DNA from: Dudresnaya verticillata
Lineage: Eukaryota
Direction of reading: 5' to 3'
DNA: 64,000 nucleotides
NCBI GenBank assembly: GCA_977862235.1
Contig: OZ374560.1
Location: 2,356,001-2,420,000, forward strand
Position numbers and translations under genes: made by a program. Positions 1 to 12,017 of the stretch are shown in pieces. The number at the start of each line of letters is the position of its first letter. Positions within the stretch are counted from its first letter, which is position 1. The notes under the pieces are model-generated. The model did not search any database and was not told the DNA's origin. It saw nothing but the letters and a program-made list of their open reading frames with translations.

Positions 1-1389
1 AGAAAGCGTACATCCCTTTCTCCGTGTTCGTGAATTCCTTCCTTCGCAAGCTCGAGATTTCAGTTCCTCATTGCATCGAAAACATACATACTAATGGGGT
101 CAATGAAGGGGGTGGGAAAGGGAATGGCCCGTTTCTTTCTGGACGAAACTCTGGTCAAACATGGCTATACTGTATTGTCAAAGCGAGGAACGCGAGGGAT
201 GGCGTGAATGGAAGTTAAGGAAGCGGGTACCTGGCTCAGGTCATATGGGCTGAGATCCTTCTGGGACGGAGTATTGAATTTTATGGTTTAACTTGGAACC
301 CTAGGGTGGGGTACTAAAGAACAGATCTGTGTTTTCAACGAATGAAGTGAATAAAGCAACGCTCTCTGCAAAGTTGCAGACCCAATTGAATGAACTACAG
401 AATATAGTGTGTATTGCGTGCGCCATAGTGCCCTCTCAGTTTCGATCTCCGTGTGCTGAGTCACTGCACTATTTCCACAGCATTGGATTGTCAGCAGATT
501 GGAACGAGTTGCTACTGTTCTAATTTAATGAAATTTTTTGTTGCGGCAACGCAAAGTCACGAGTCTCCGAGATCGATTTCGCCGTGTTGCGCTTTCTGCA
601 GCCCATCACTCTATCCGCGCTAAGGTTACTGCTTGGCCCCTCATCGCAGCTCGACATATCTAGGTGCGAAAGCCGGTCTCGAACACCCTACTTTGCATCT
701 TCGTGCAGACGGTATGCAATGCTGTAGATATGTGGCCACCGAGAGCTACGCTCAGGAATATCTCCCAACTGTATCGCAAGGGTCAAGTGTAGCAGCCATC
801 GTGCTTCTTTGTATGGTTGTAAGCAGTGGTTCAAACAGTTTATATCGGAGCCCACAACACGACACCACACATATCGTAACGAGTTGGAACCACTTCTATT
901 CTGTGGTTGAACACCCGTGAATAATATTCTGGAGTTTATACTTTATGAGGACGGTGTAAGGTGGGTCTGCGTAGGTATCAAAGGCCCATGAGCAGAAGCA
1001 CTGGCGGAGTAGTGCCAGACATAAACAAGGACCTTGAAAATTAACAGGAAGGGAAACCTACTGACGCACGCAAAGGTATAGCGCAATGCGTTCTAGGCAG
1101 GCACAAACAGAGAGAGATGGGCGCTTATATAGCAAAACAGGGACTAGCAACCGAAAGGGCTAGAACAAAACAAGAAAAGGAGCGCGGCGGAGCAGAAATG
1201 ACAAGGACACATTGGAATTGGGTACGGAGGGCACACGGGAAGCTTAAATATTAGAACCAAGGAACTCGGTCAACTACCATTCCCTGTGCAATTGCTACAG
1301 GACGGGCTGAGGTTATACTCTAATAATAGTAAATGATGATGCGGACCTTTTCGTGATATCAAACAGAAGCCGCATTAAGGGACTAGAAC

Positions 1390-1730
1390 TATGAATTATC
1401 ATTGATCGACTTCCTTCGTGTTGCATACTCTCTCTGTTCCGTGTAGGATATACTAATTCGATAGTAGCGATACCAACTCCACTTCTTATTATTAAGCATA
1501 CCATACGCTATTCGATAAGAAGAGAAAGGCATCTTTTTGTAGGAAGCATTTACCCAAAGTACCCAACACTGATATTTAAGGAGAGTTTTCCATCTACTTC
1601 AAAGCATGAGATAACAAAGTCCCAAGAAGCCCTTGATCCAAGATACCCAGTTTGACCCTAGTAAAATCTGTTCTACAAGTTACCGCTACTGCTGCTAATC
1701 CGCTAATCCCTTAATCCATTTCTTTAATAA
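1390..1730 (+). repeat. Dispersed repeat, copy 1 (probable decayed TE fragment); direct copy at ~9890-10235
   Basis: Alignable over ~340 bp with 9890-10235. Exact shared blocks include ATCTTTTTGTAGGAAGC (1531/10021), CCTAGTAAAATCTGTTCT (1657/10147) and GTTACCGCTAC. No ORF spans the repeat. Confidence 0.85.
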
Positions 1731-2355
1731 GAACAGGACTAGTCATGAGGGGACAGGGAGGCGGAAGAATTCGACGGTTAACATCAAGTCCCACGCATTG
1801 AAGAACTAAAGATGTAAGGTGGGTGCAAATAATTAATAGATATGAATAAGCTCGAGTAAGTGAACCATTGCGGCCGGCGTTCGGTCTCTTCAGAATTAAG
1901 CAGGTGCGACCGGGTTCAGTCAATTTCACCTGTAGAGCGCTCTAGCAATTCCCCAGCCCTGAAAACATTTACTTCTAATCGGGTGCGATGTCAATCTCTG
2001 GTCATTAATCGCTATCTCAAAGTCTCTCTTCGAGGAACCCGTCACCTTTATCCTTCTTCTGAACAAATTTATTCTCTTGCAGAAATGTAGAATTTTCTAC
2101 AGAATATGTCGCTGGCCCCCGAGTTTATGGTTTCGGCTACAAATGGATAACTCCTCGCGAATCTGTTCTGTTTCTGGTTTCGTGATGTTTGCCAAGCCCT
2201 CCTTCCTATAAACGAGCCCTTGTCACAACGATAGACCGATAGGGTGCCATCGACGAGGTACATAAAATATCTACACAATAATGAAGGTCATTTAGCATTT
2301 AGTACAATGTTCAATTCTTGTCTTCAGCTCGACCAGCCATTCCACCCTCGATTTC

Positions 2356-4242
2356 TTAAATAGGGCGGCATCGATCCATAGTTCTTCCGAAAATGTCCTT
2401 CTCTACTACTTCTCCCTTCGGACAACGTTTGCATTCAGTTCCATTCACGGCGATCATGTTCTCCAGGCATTTTATGCACGAGGCACTTTTCCCCGTCGAG
2501 AACTCTCGCGGAGGGCATTTCGCGCAAATTTCCACAGTTTCGTCATCCGAGAGTATCTCCCGGAAGCTGGTTGTAGCAACACTCTTTGCCCCCGTGCCCG
2601 CCGGGCAAACTTCTACGCACCTTCCATTCAGTCCGATCACTTTCCTACCCGGACACAGGCAGCTTCCGAAACTTCCTTCCGTCCCTTTTGGACACCTCTC
2701 ACATTTGGAAGACGCCCCACCAACCCCGCTTTCTCTCCTCTTGCACCGCACGCAGCCCCTCGTTGAACTGGCCTTTTCTCCCGGAGAACATTGCACGCAT
2801 CTTTTTCTGAAAAGGAAGGAATTCTTCGATGGGCACTCCACAGCCGTACATTCCCCATTCTTGTTCCTTACTTGCCCGACCTCACATCCAGTCTCATCGA
2901 CAACACATTTGCCGCGGTTTGTGTCAGTCTCTGAATCGAACAGCCTGGGGCTGCGCGACCCAGGACGGCATTTCATACATGACGTAGCTCCAGCCCTATC
3001 TGAAAATGTGTTCAACGGGCAGGCTTTGCAGAACAGCAACCCAGGTCTGTCACTGAAAGTTCCAACTGGGCAAGCGGTACAAACTCCTTCAACTGCCGTA
3101 TCGAATACATCCAGCCCGGTCCTCTTGAATCCATCAGTTGTTAAGAAAAAGTCATTGTTGTTCTCCCAGAAAGTCCCTTTCGGGCAAGGACTGCATGACT
3201 TACCATTATTGACAAAGCCAAAAGAACACTCGCATTCAAACTTTTCCAAGAAACTGAGATTGCCTTTTGGAGACATGTTATTCGAACATCGTTTGCATAA
3301 CGTACTAGCACCGCCTTCTGACACTTCTTTATCTCCACACGAGACGCACTCTTTCCTAGAATTTTCAAGCCGCTGCCCAGGCAAGCACGCCTGACAAACT
3401 CCACTCTTATTCTCGAACGTCCCAAATGGACATCCTTTCTTCATATCTTTGCACCCAGCAGCTCCAGGGCCCGCAGTAGAAGTCCCTGGGGGACACCGTT
3501 GGCATCGTCTTGATGGGAGCGTTCTACTGAAAGTGTCCTTCGGGCAAGCAGTACAGGAAGCAGCTTCGGCCTTAGAGAAAGTTCCAGGAGGGCAAATCTT
3601 GCATGCCACAGCGCCCTCGTCACTGAACGTTCCGGGTTGACATTTTTCACACTTATTGCTAAGAAAGACGCTAATAGGATTGAAGTCGAACATCGAGTTG
3701 CGCCTGAACCTTCCTTTTGGGCACTTTGTGCAGCTTGTCGCCCCGAATCCTCGCGATGGAAACGGATCACTCCCCCCACCCGTGACTGTACCATCGGGAC
3801 ATCTTTCACAGAATCTACTGCCCGGTTTATCCGTGAAGAAGGCCCTTAGACAAGTAGAGCAACCTGTTTCAGAGAATGGGTTTAAAGCGGAACCGGGGTC
3901 ACAGAAGCCGCAGGATATCGAGCCGGGGAACGAATCCTTTCCTGAAGGGCACTTCTTGCATGCTCTAGAGCCCTCTTTTCTTGCAAAAGTTCCAGACGGA
4001 CAGGGTATGCACTGCTCTTCAGATTGAGCGCCTTGAGTTTCTCGGAACGTTCCCGGCTGACAAGGAATGCATTCAAGAAGATTAAAGTCGTCCGAGTACG
4101 TTCCCGCTGGACACATACTACACTCCTTGCCGACACGAATTGTACCCGGGAAGCACGATCTTTGGGCTTGAACGAGGTGTATTCCCGCGAAGACTAGGAA
4201 TATCGATAGGGAACATATTGGAATACTAGCAGAACAGACCAT
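2356..4242 (-). CDS. Secreted cysteine-rich repeat protein (GCC2/GCC3, ephrin-receptor-like Cys repeats), 628 aa
   Basis: Intronless ORF with an N-terminal hydrophobic signal peptide (ICSLSIFLVFAGIHLVQA) and many CxxCPxGTF/Y...C repeats. No C-terminal TM segment. Confidence 0.92.
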   Translation of the reverse strand: MVCSASIPICSLSIFLVFAGIHLVQAQRSCFPGTIRVGKECSMCPAGTYSDDFNLLECIPCQPGTFRETQGAQSEEQCIPCPSGTFARKEGSRACKKCPSGKDSFPGSISCGFCDPGSALNPFSETGCSTCLRAFFTDKPGSRFCERCPDGTVTGGGSDPFPSRGFGATSCTKCPKGRFRRNSMFDFNPISVFLSNKCEKCQPGTFSDEGAVACKICPPGTFSKAEAASCTACPKDTFSRTLPSRRCQRCPPGTSTAGPGAAGCKDMKKGCPFGTFENKSGVCQACLPGQRLENSRKECVSCGDKEVSEGGASTLCKRCSNNMSPKGNLSFLEKFECECSFGFVNNGKSCSPCPKGTFWENNNDFFLTTDGFKRTGLDVFDTAVEGVCTACPVGTFSDRPGLLFCKACPLNTFSDRAGATSCMKCRPGSRSPRLFDSETDTNRGKCVVDETGCEVGQVRNKNGECTAVECPSKNSFLFRKRCVQCSPGEKASSTRGCVRCKRRESGVGGASSKCERCPKGTEGSFGSCLCPGRKVIGLNGRCVEVCPAGTGAKSVATTSFREILSDDETVEICAKCPPREFSTGKSASCIKCLENMIAVNGTECKRCPKGEVVEKDIFGRTMDRCRPI

Positions 4243-6518
4243 CCTGCTACAGTCTTAGCGCTGGTGATGATACACAGAATAGCCTGCGTAACTGAAGGAC
4301 GGCTGATTAATACAAACCCCGAGCTTTAACGTTATTATCGGAAGACCCGTCACACTTCTCGCAAAATGCCCAGGTCTCAGGAAAGCAGTCTCTAAATAGT
4401 TCTGAAGAAGGAAAATGAAGTTTCCTGGAGCACTCCTTACTATATCTTCTGAAACCCTATTTCTTTTCCTTTCTTCCGTTCGCAACGAACGAATCGCCTG
4501 GCCTGATGTTCACGGTAATCCGTGCCATTGTGAAAACCAAGTGTCATTAAAGTATTGTCCCTATCGTCTTCGACCACGTCTGCCGGTGTACTCCACGACA
4601 CGGAAAATCACGTCCACGAGCGAGATTAACTTTCCGTCCACGCTTTCATTCAAGAGCCGCTCACGGGCTGCGGTTTGTGGGTTAGCTGGTGAAAAAAGTA
4701 ACCCATCCCCCAGTCGGGACGCTGGCTTGAAATGGAGTCAAGCTAGCTAGGCATTGCTCGGTTGTTTTATCTGTTTAGGTGCTACGTAGATTTGCTTTGC
4801 TGTCTACACGCTGGTTCTCAAGGTAGAATATTCTGACCCCTTGGGGAATATCCTAGATATTTGCCCTTACAAGTACTACACAAGCTTGGCTTCGGTCGAA
4901 GCAAGTGGCTTCATTTGTGAGTGAGGCTGTTTGTGTCGACAGTTTGAGTTGCGAAGGAGATTGCGGGCTTATCCAGGAAAAAAGGCAAAGTCCAAGATTG
5001 CAAACAGAAGGTCGCAGCATCGAATCTCTTCGTTAGATACGTTTCGGGAGAATCGGAAGCGCACCCTCCGTATGACAGTATGCAACAAAGAAGGACTCTT
5101 TGGTTGGTAAGAGCTCCCTCCCGGACCACGTTTTGCGATCAATTCCATTGCCACCCTAGGTGATGCTTGAAGAAATGCTTTCTGAAGATGCACCATCCAT
5201 GCGCGGCTGGTCTCATTGGCTCATGTGCACATCTTCAATCTCGATGTCAGGTGCATGGCACGGCCTCAAAAGTCCGGCTGTCATTTGTCGCCAAATGTGA
5301 TCTAATATCTTTTCGCTCTCCCTCCGGCGACAGGCGATTGAAAGCTGATAGCTTTCCGCCACAAACGCATCCAATCACCCACATGCACAACAAGACATCA
5401 TTCTTCGCTTACTGACAAGACCCTAATCCTGAAACGAGAGGAAGAGCTTGACAGAAACATTCTGCGCAATAAGCTCTCTTTTCATTGATGTCGAGAAAGG
5501 AAAAGACACGAGTAACTATGTCAAAGCATTTTCAAGGACAGACCCAGCTACACGTATAAAAGTATACGACAAATATGGGTTACGGGGGAAGATGAAGTCG
5601 GTCAGCAGGCTACAGGGAGATATCCGGTTCTATCCCTGGCCAGCCTAGCCACAAAAGCACTGGCACGGTAACTTGACACATCGCCAGCATCAACACTGCC
5701 GTCTGGAGCTGATGCCAGCCATCATAGCCAGTATTGTAATGTATAGGCTTGCAGGCTGCAACGTAACTGTCATGACTGCAAAGCTGTTAACAACAAAATT
5801 ACTTGTACGAGGAACTATGCCCATACAGTGCAAAAAATCAGAGTATCGACGGCAAGCTCAGATTTCTCAGATTGCTCCCAGATCAGTGGGGAGTGGAGAA
5901 CTACTTTCAAGGTTTTCAAAACATCCTTTCTCGTGCTGTGCGATGTAGTATAGTGTCGGTATTATGCTCTGCGAGCAATATCAGTGTTGCAATGAGCGGT
6001 GGAGAGTGCCCTACGTACCCAGCCGAAAGGAGCTTCCCGCGGTGGAAAGACTGAATCCGTGTATTTCGTTGGACAACGTATCAAAATGTAAACGAGCATC
6101 AATCGCGTCCTGAAATGAGGCTAACGGGGCGTGATAGGGTGAGGCTATACAAGACAATACCGTAAATCCACAAGTGCGCTCTTGGAACACCTGGTGTTGT
6201 TCCAACGCCAATACATTCTTATGAAAGAGTTAACCCTATTACCCTTTCCCTTTGGACGTTATTGCGGGATAGAATGATATCTGTATATACGAAACAAATA
6301 TGAAGTTCTTACGCATGCGCGAGAAGCTCCTTCCTGGTCGAGCTGCATGCGTTTCAAATTGAAGCACATTGTTAGAGCTCTGTTACGCAGTTGAAAGGCA
6401 CAAAGTATCTTGCTATTGCACCCTCAGCACTGTGACGCACAGCACGAACTCTGCGTTAATGGGAAGTACAAGGACAGAGTCTAAGAAAGTCTCACGTTGG
6501 TAATCGCACGAGTCGGCG

Positions 6519-7952
6519 ATGGTACGGCTTGATAACTCCAAGTGCATCACGGCACTTGTTCTGGTACTGAGTGTTTTTCAAGCCCTGAGTCAAACATGTC
6601 AACCGGGTACGATCAGATCTCGAAACGGTTGCAAGAATTGCCCAAGGAACACCTTCTCTAGTATTGCAAATGCCACTGAATGCATACCGTGTCCTTCTCG
6701 CACATTCACCCGGGCAGGAGCACGAGCTCTTGAGAAGTGCAAGCCTTGTGGTCCGGGAAAGTTATTCAATGAGACAACTGGAAGTTGTAACAAGTGCCCT
6801 ATTGACACATATAGCAATGCTATGGATACTACAGAATGCAATGCTTGCCCGTTTGGAAAAGTTTCTAAAGTTGGTGCACGGACTCGAAAAGACTGTCGAA
6901 CGTGTCCAGTCGGTACAGTTGTGTCTAGACCGGGCAGGCCAGTTTTTGAGCCGAAGTGCAGAAGCTGTCCCAGAGGGCAATCGACTTTTGAGGAGAACTC
7001 TGGGGAATGCTCGCTCTGTCCAGTCGGAACGTTTAAGAATGTCAAGAAGGGCGAATGTCGCCCATGCCCTGTTGGAACATTTACAGACGAAACAGGGACT
7101 TTGTTATGCACAAAATGTCCGATGGGTTTCTTCCAAGACAAGACTGGTGCTACTATCTGCAAGAAGTGTCCAGAGAACTCCACGACACGATCGGAAGGGG
7201 CGAGCGTCTGTCGCCCAAAATGCAAACCGTCTTCGAAGGGCTGTAACATTGTTGCATGTCTTCCAGGATTCGGAATCGATCCCGAGACGAAGGAATGCAA
7301 GGAATGTCCTCCAGGAACTGTGAGCCCCGCATTGTCAACAACTTCATGTGTTCCTTGTCCTGTAGGGGACGGGACTGTAAATCTGGCAAGGACAAGATGT
7401 GTTTGCGAACCTGGCTTCCGGATAGCCAAGAATGGAGAATGTGTGAAGTGTGAGTCGGGATTCTCAAACGACGATGGAAGAAAGTGTATGTGTGTGTTGA
7501 ACAAAAGAATTTCGGATGATTGCGAGTGTCCTCCTCTCACGAGACAGATAGACAATATGTGCGTGAAATGTAATCCCAGGTTTGATCTCGAAAGCGAATC
7601 ATGCATCGTGTGCAACAATGGGGAGTTCTTCAACAAGCCGTTGAGGCGATGTGAGATGTGTCCAGCTAACACATTTAGCTCTAAGAATGGGGTGAACTGC
7701 AATCCATGTCCGGGAGGGAGCACTGCAATGCCAGGATCAGGACGATGCAAGTGTCCTAAAGGGGCGGGTCTAATTCGGGGATCTTGCGAGCCATGTCCAC
7801 CGGGTTCAGCGCAAGACAGGTTCGATTCTCTGAAATGCAAACCGTGTCAGAGGGGATTCTTCTCGGAACAGTCAGGGGCCAGAAGGTGCATGAGGTGCCC
7901 ACGACGTTTACAACGGCCTAACCGTGGGGCCACTTCCTGTCTCCCTGAGTAA
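6519..7952 (+). CDS. Secreted cysteine-rich repeat protein (GCC2/GCC3, ephrin-receptor-like), 477 aa; paralog of 2356-4242
   Basis: Signal peptide (ITALVLVLSVFQALS). Mature N-terminus QTCQPGTIR parallels RSCFPGTIR in the paralog. Tandem CxxCPxGTF repeats; no TM segment. Confidence 0.92.
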   Translation: MVRLDNSKCITALVLVLSVFQALSQTCQPGTIRSRNGCKNCPRNTFSSIANATECIPCPSRTFTRAGARALEKCKPCGPGKLFNETTGSCNKCPIDTYSNAMDTTECNACPFGKVSKVGARTRKDCRTCPVGTVVSRPGRPVFEPKCRSCPRGQSTFEENSGECSLCPVGTFKNVKKGECRPCPVGTFTDETGTLLCTKCPMGFFQDKTGATICKKCPENSTTRSEGASVCRPKCKPSSKGCNIVACLPGFGIDPETKECKECPPGTVSPALSTTSCVPCPVGDGTVNLARTRCVCEPGFRIAKNGECVKCESGFSNDDGRKCMCVLNKRISDDCECPPLTRQIDNMCVKCNPRFDLESESCIVCNNGEFFNKPLRRCEMCPANTFSSKNGVNCNPCPGGSTAMPGSGRCKCPKGAGLIRGSCEPCPPGSAQDRFDSLKCKPCQRGFFSEQSGARRCMRCPRRLQRPNRGATSCLPE

Positions 7953-9889
7953 CCAACAAACTCTTCTCGGACTCGGTTTCCAGGAGCAATAGATGCTTTT
8001 TCGATTCTGGTTTCATCGATACAGGCCCTGAGGGCGGAATAGAAAGTTCAATGACATCGCAGGGAAGTTATGGAATTCAAGTATGCAGGTGCTCGGGAAA
8101 CGCAAGACAGCTCTAAATTCTGTTGCTCTTTTGGACTGATAGTCTCCAGATTAGTAGGTAGACTGATTCTGTAGTATCTTTTAGGGGCGGCGCACTTCTG
8201 AGATGCCATCTCTCTCCCGCTCTCTGCGTTCATCTTTTTGGGCTGCGATTGTTGCGATCTGGATGCCATTTTTCTCCCTGTTAATATTGCAGAGAAGTTG
8301 GCATGGATGTATGACGCGGCCCACGTACCTTATATTCTACTGTTGTCAAAAGCAGAACGCTATGGAAATCTTGTTGCAGGTTTTGCGGATTGGAGTAAAA
8401 CTGATGAGCCAGTGCTCCACCGAGAAAACAGATGCACGGTGACGAAATAAAAACATTCTTCTCGATATAACTCACATATTGTGGTCTGCACAGAAAAAGT
8501 AACTATTAAGGTGTACATTAGTCTTGAATAAACCCCTAAACCTGCATCCCCTGTACAAGAAGAAACTTTCTTGCTCGTGCTCTTAACACCACCTTCATCG
8601 GGTTGTTTGTACGTCCAATGACTCTCGTTAAACTTACATTGATACCCGGCGATTAATGACCTGATGCACGCAAATTCCATTGCACAATTTGGCTGACCTC
8701 TTCAACAACAGATAAATTTGTTTTTGCAACAAACACCCAGTTCTGTTTTGCGACAACTCCTCCATTATTATGAGGCATCTCAGTTGTGATTTCAGATTGC
8801 GTCTGAAATTCCTCGCTCCTCCCGTCAAGTGCTCTTCAGTCCCTTGTAGTGGCAATTCTTACACATGCCCGCTTCCAAAGCTGTTTCAATGTCAAGTCTT
8901 TCAAATCATCGCACGAGTTAACCCACATTCCAACTGCCATTCAATACATGTAGCACACCTTGTACTCTTATTCTTCGCAAAAATATATGCTTGGTCTGCG
9001 ATCGCAGGTGAACGCTCGGTCCCATACGCGGCACCGGGAGCGTCAACGTTGAATCTGATTGTTTCTCAGTTTTCGCCATCATAAACGTGCTCTAATCGAG
9101 ACTATGGAATTTACTCGGAGAGTAAATCCAGTTTGAAGGGCTTGCGTTATATTCAGTTGTGAGAGAGCACCCCCGAGACATTGCTTGTATGATACATGTG
9201 CACAAAAGTAAATGCAAACGGACAAACGCGAGTTGTCCAGCCTTAAATGCGAACAAAGCCTCGCAGAAAAGAAAGAAGTATAGAAGATAAATGCTTATTG
9301 CATTTAAGAGCAAATCACGCAAGGAAGCAGAACCGACTTAAGAATTTATAAAAGAGCAGAATGCAAAGTTGTCGAGAGCACAAATGAAAATAGCAAAAGC
9401 AAGCTATCGGGAGCGAAAGCGAAGGCAACCGAGGGAGCGATTAGAGAGGAGCGACGGCAGCCAGAAGCATTTAAGGCAAGGGCAGGCAACTCACAGATGG
9501 GGAGAGAAGGAGGGGGCGGCAGCGAGGACCGAGCACTCCACCGGGCCTTGTGCCCAATACTGTTGCCCTGCCCATCGTTTCCTTGTGCCCTACAGATCAT
9601 TCCTACGGGCCCAAATTCCCAGCAATCGATATCAGTACAACGAAACTAAAATTCAATATTTAATTGTCTATTTAACTGCTGCTTGTGACGATTCAAGCAT
9701 TTTTATTTCGCTTTGCTTGGGACGTATCGTCGGCCGGATTAAAACATCCCTGGTCATGATGATCTATAGAATGAATACTTTCGTCTCACTCTTCGAAATC
9801 TTGTCCATTATCGTGCACACTGCGGTATAGAACTAACCTTTGCCGTCTTCCGCCACAGCTTTCTAGTAGCTTATTCCTTGAGTTTATTT

Positions 9890-10235
9890 ATGAATTATTG
9901 TTATCGACTTCCTTATTGTTGTGTACTTTCTCTGTTCCATGTAGTATCTATTAATTCGATATTGACGATACTAACTCCACAACGTACATATGATATGCTG
10001 TTCGATAGGAAGAGAATAATATCTTTTTGTAGGAAGCGTTCACCCAAACTACCCAACAGTGATACATAAGGAGAGGTTTTCATCTATTTCAAAGCATGGG
10101 GTACGAGAAAGCGAAAACCCCTTGATCCAAGATTCCCAGATTCGATCCTAGTAAAATCTGTTCTTCGAGTTACCGCTACAGCTGTACCACTGCTAATCTG
10201 CTAATCCTTTATTCCACTTGTTTCATATTATTAAA
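9890..10235 (+). repeat. Dispersed repeat, copy 2 (probable decayed TE fragment)
   Basis: Same-strand homology to 1390-1730 at an offset of ~8490 bp. Confidence 0.85.
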
Positions 10236-12017
10236 CCAGCTGAGTGGCACGCAAGCAAGCCTTACAGTTCAGTGGGGCTTCGGCGCCACCGGCTGACAGC
10301 GTGCGCACAGCAGTGCACACGTGGCGCAGCTGGTCCTACAGCTGCGCATTCAAGTACAAGATTTGTTAATTTTGGCAGTGTTCCAACTGAGTCAAAGCGT
10401 CCTTTGAACTTTGGAAAACGATTCACGGCTGCACTCCGCCAGAACAGTCCTTCTCAACAATCTCGCACTTGTGTAATAAAGTCACCAAAGGCACTTCTAT
10501 CACCTACCGCAAGAGAGAGGTAGTATACTAAGTTCTACTCGCAATTCTCCCAGACAGTTCGTCGGTAGAACAGGGATTTCTTGTTTAAGGTACATTTCTT
10601 TCTGGCGCCCTTGACTGCCTCTAGTGTAGTTGATTACAATAAAGGTTGTCCTTGCTAATGTAGCTCACACGAAATATCGGCAAAAGTTCCTGGACTATGT
10701 TCAGGTTCAAAATTCTCTTATCCCCCGTCCCGTCAACATTTTTACTCCTGATTGATATAACGTTTCACTTTCTTCACTTTGCAGAAGCTGCTCCCCTTCA
10801 CTGTTGCAATGGGACTCTATTTCATCTCCGGAGCATAATAGGTCGGTTTGGTAACTGGTTCCGCTCCATCTGTCAGTTGCATTGTCTCCTTGACGGTGCC
10901 GTTTATGTACACTTTTTGCTCCTTGTGTAATATGGGCCGCAGTACGGCCAAAAATCGCAATCTACTCTTGCTCTTCAATAGAAACGCTCAACAATGTGCA
11001 CGCAATGTACGTATTCCGGTACGTTATTTTTCTGCCGCTTCATCCAGCATGCATGGCGTAAAAAGTTTCCGGTCTAGAAAGTGTACTTGCTGTGCATGTT
11101 CCCGTTAAAGAAGACATGTTCGATACGACTAGCATCAATATATGGAAGCTCAACTCATTGGGACAATGTCGTAGACCTTGAAAATGACTTTCAAGTAACA
11201 GGATAAGTTGCAAGCGACTGTCAATGGGAGTTGGTCAATGAAAGTCGTAAATTATTCAATAATAATGGCACCTTTGATGTTGAAGGAAATAGCTTGGGAT
11301 AGAAACACCATCAAGCAAGGCCTTCTGTAAAACAAAATCCGCAAACATTACACTGATGTTACGCATTAGAGAACTAGACACTAAGAGAATTCCTTTCAAC
11401 TAGAAACAAGTACAGAATGCGTAACTTGTAAAGGAGATAGCTACGGTTTTACTTCCTTTCAAAAAAAACGTTCTATATATAATCGTATTCTATTTGCAAA
11501 AACGGTAGCAAACCCTTAGTGGATTATAGAAGGCCTGAGGAAACAAGAGGAGCTTTTGAGGTTTCTCAATTAGCTGTAGCTAAGTTCTTCAAAATTACAA
11601 GGGACGGGTACGAATATTAGTCAAACTTAAGAATATGAGTTTCTTCAACACTGGAAAGTTTAACACGCTTGTTCACGTCCGCTTGTGGAAGCAAATTCAG
11701 GGAGCGGTTGTCACCTCTTTTCCATCACTGTTCATCAACGTCATTTTCTCTTCTCATCCGCACGTTGCCGCACTTGTCGTAAGCTGAATGCCCCTGAACT
11801 TTCCGCTGGTATTCACCTTTTCAGCAGCAGTTCCCGTTTGGTACCAAGTCCAGTATTTTCAGTGAGGCGCGTGTTGTTCGCTCTGGTAGAGGGTTCTATT
11901 CAGACTGCAACCCAACCAAAGCTGGCACGAAGCTATCAACTTGCTCCGCATATGACTGCACATCTTTGCTTCAGGCAGAACGCGTGAGCTTTTCTACGAG
12001 CTCGACAATATTACACT

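Noticed and set aside
5448..6211. Possible decayed glycosyltransferase-like fragments
   Set aside because: Only vague resemblance across many frameshifts; no diagnostic motif.
2393..7840. Long antisense ORFs 2393-3394 (+) and 6599-7840 (-)
   Set aside because: Shadow frames of the Cys-rich genes; the GHxxH patterns are just the antisense of CxxCP.
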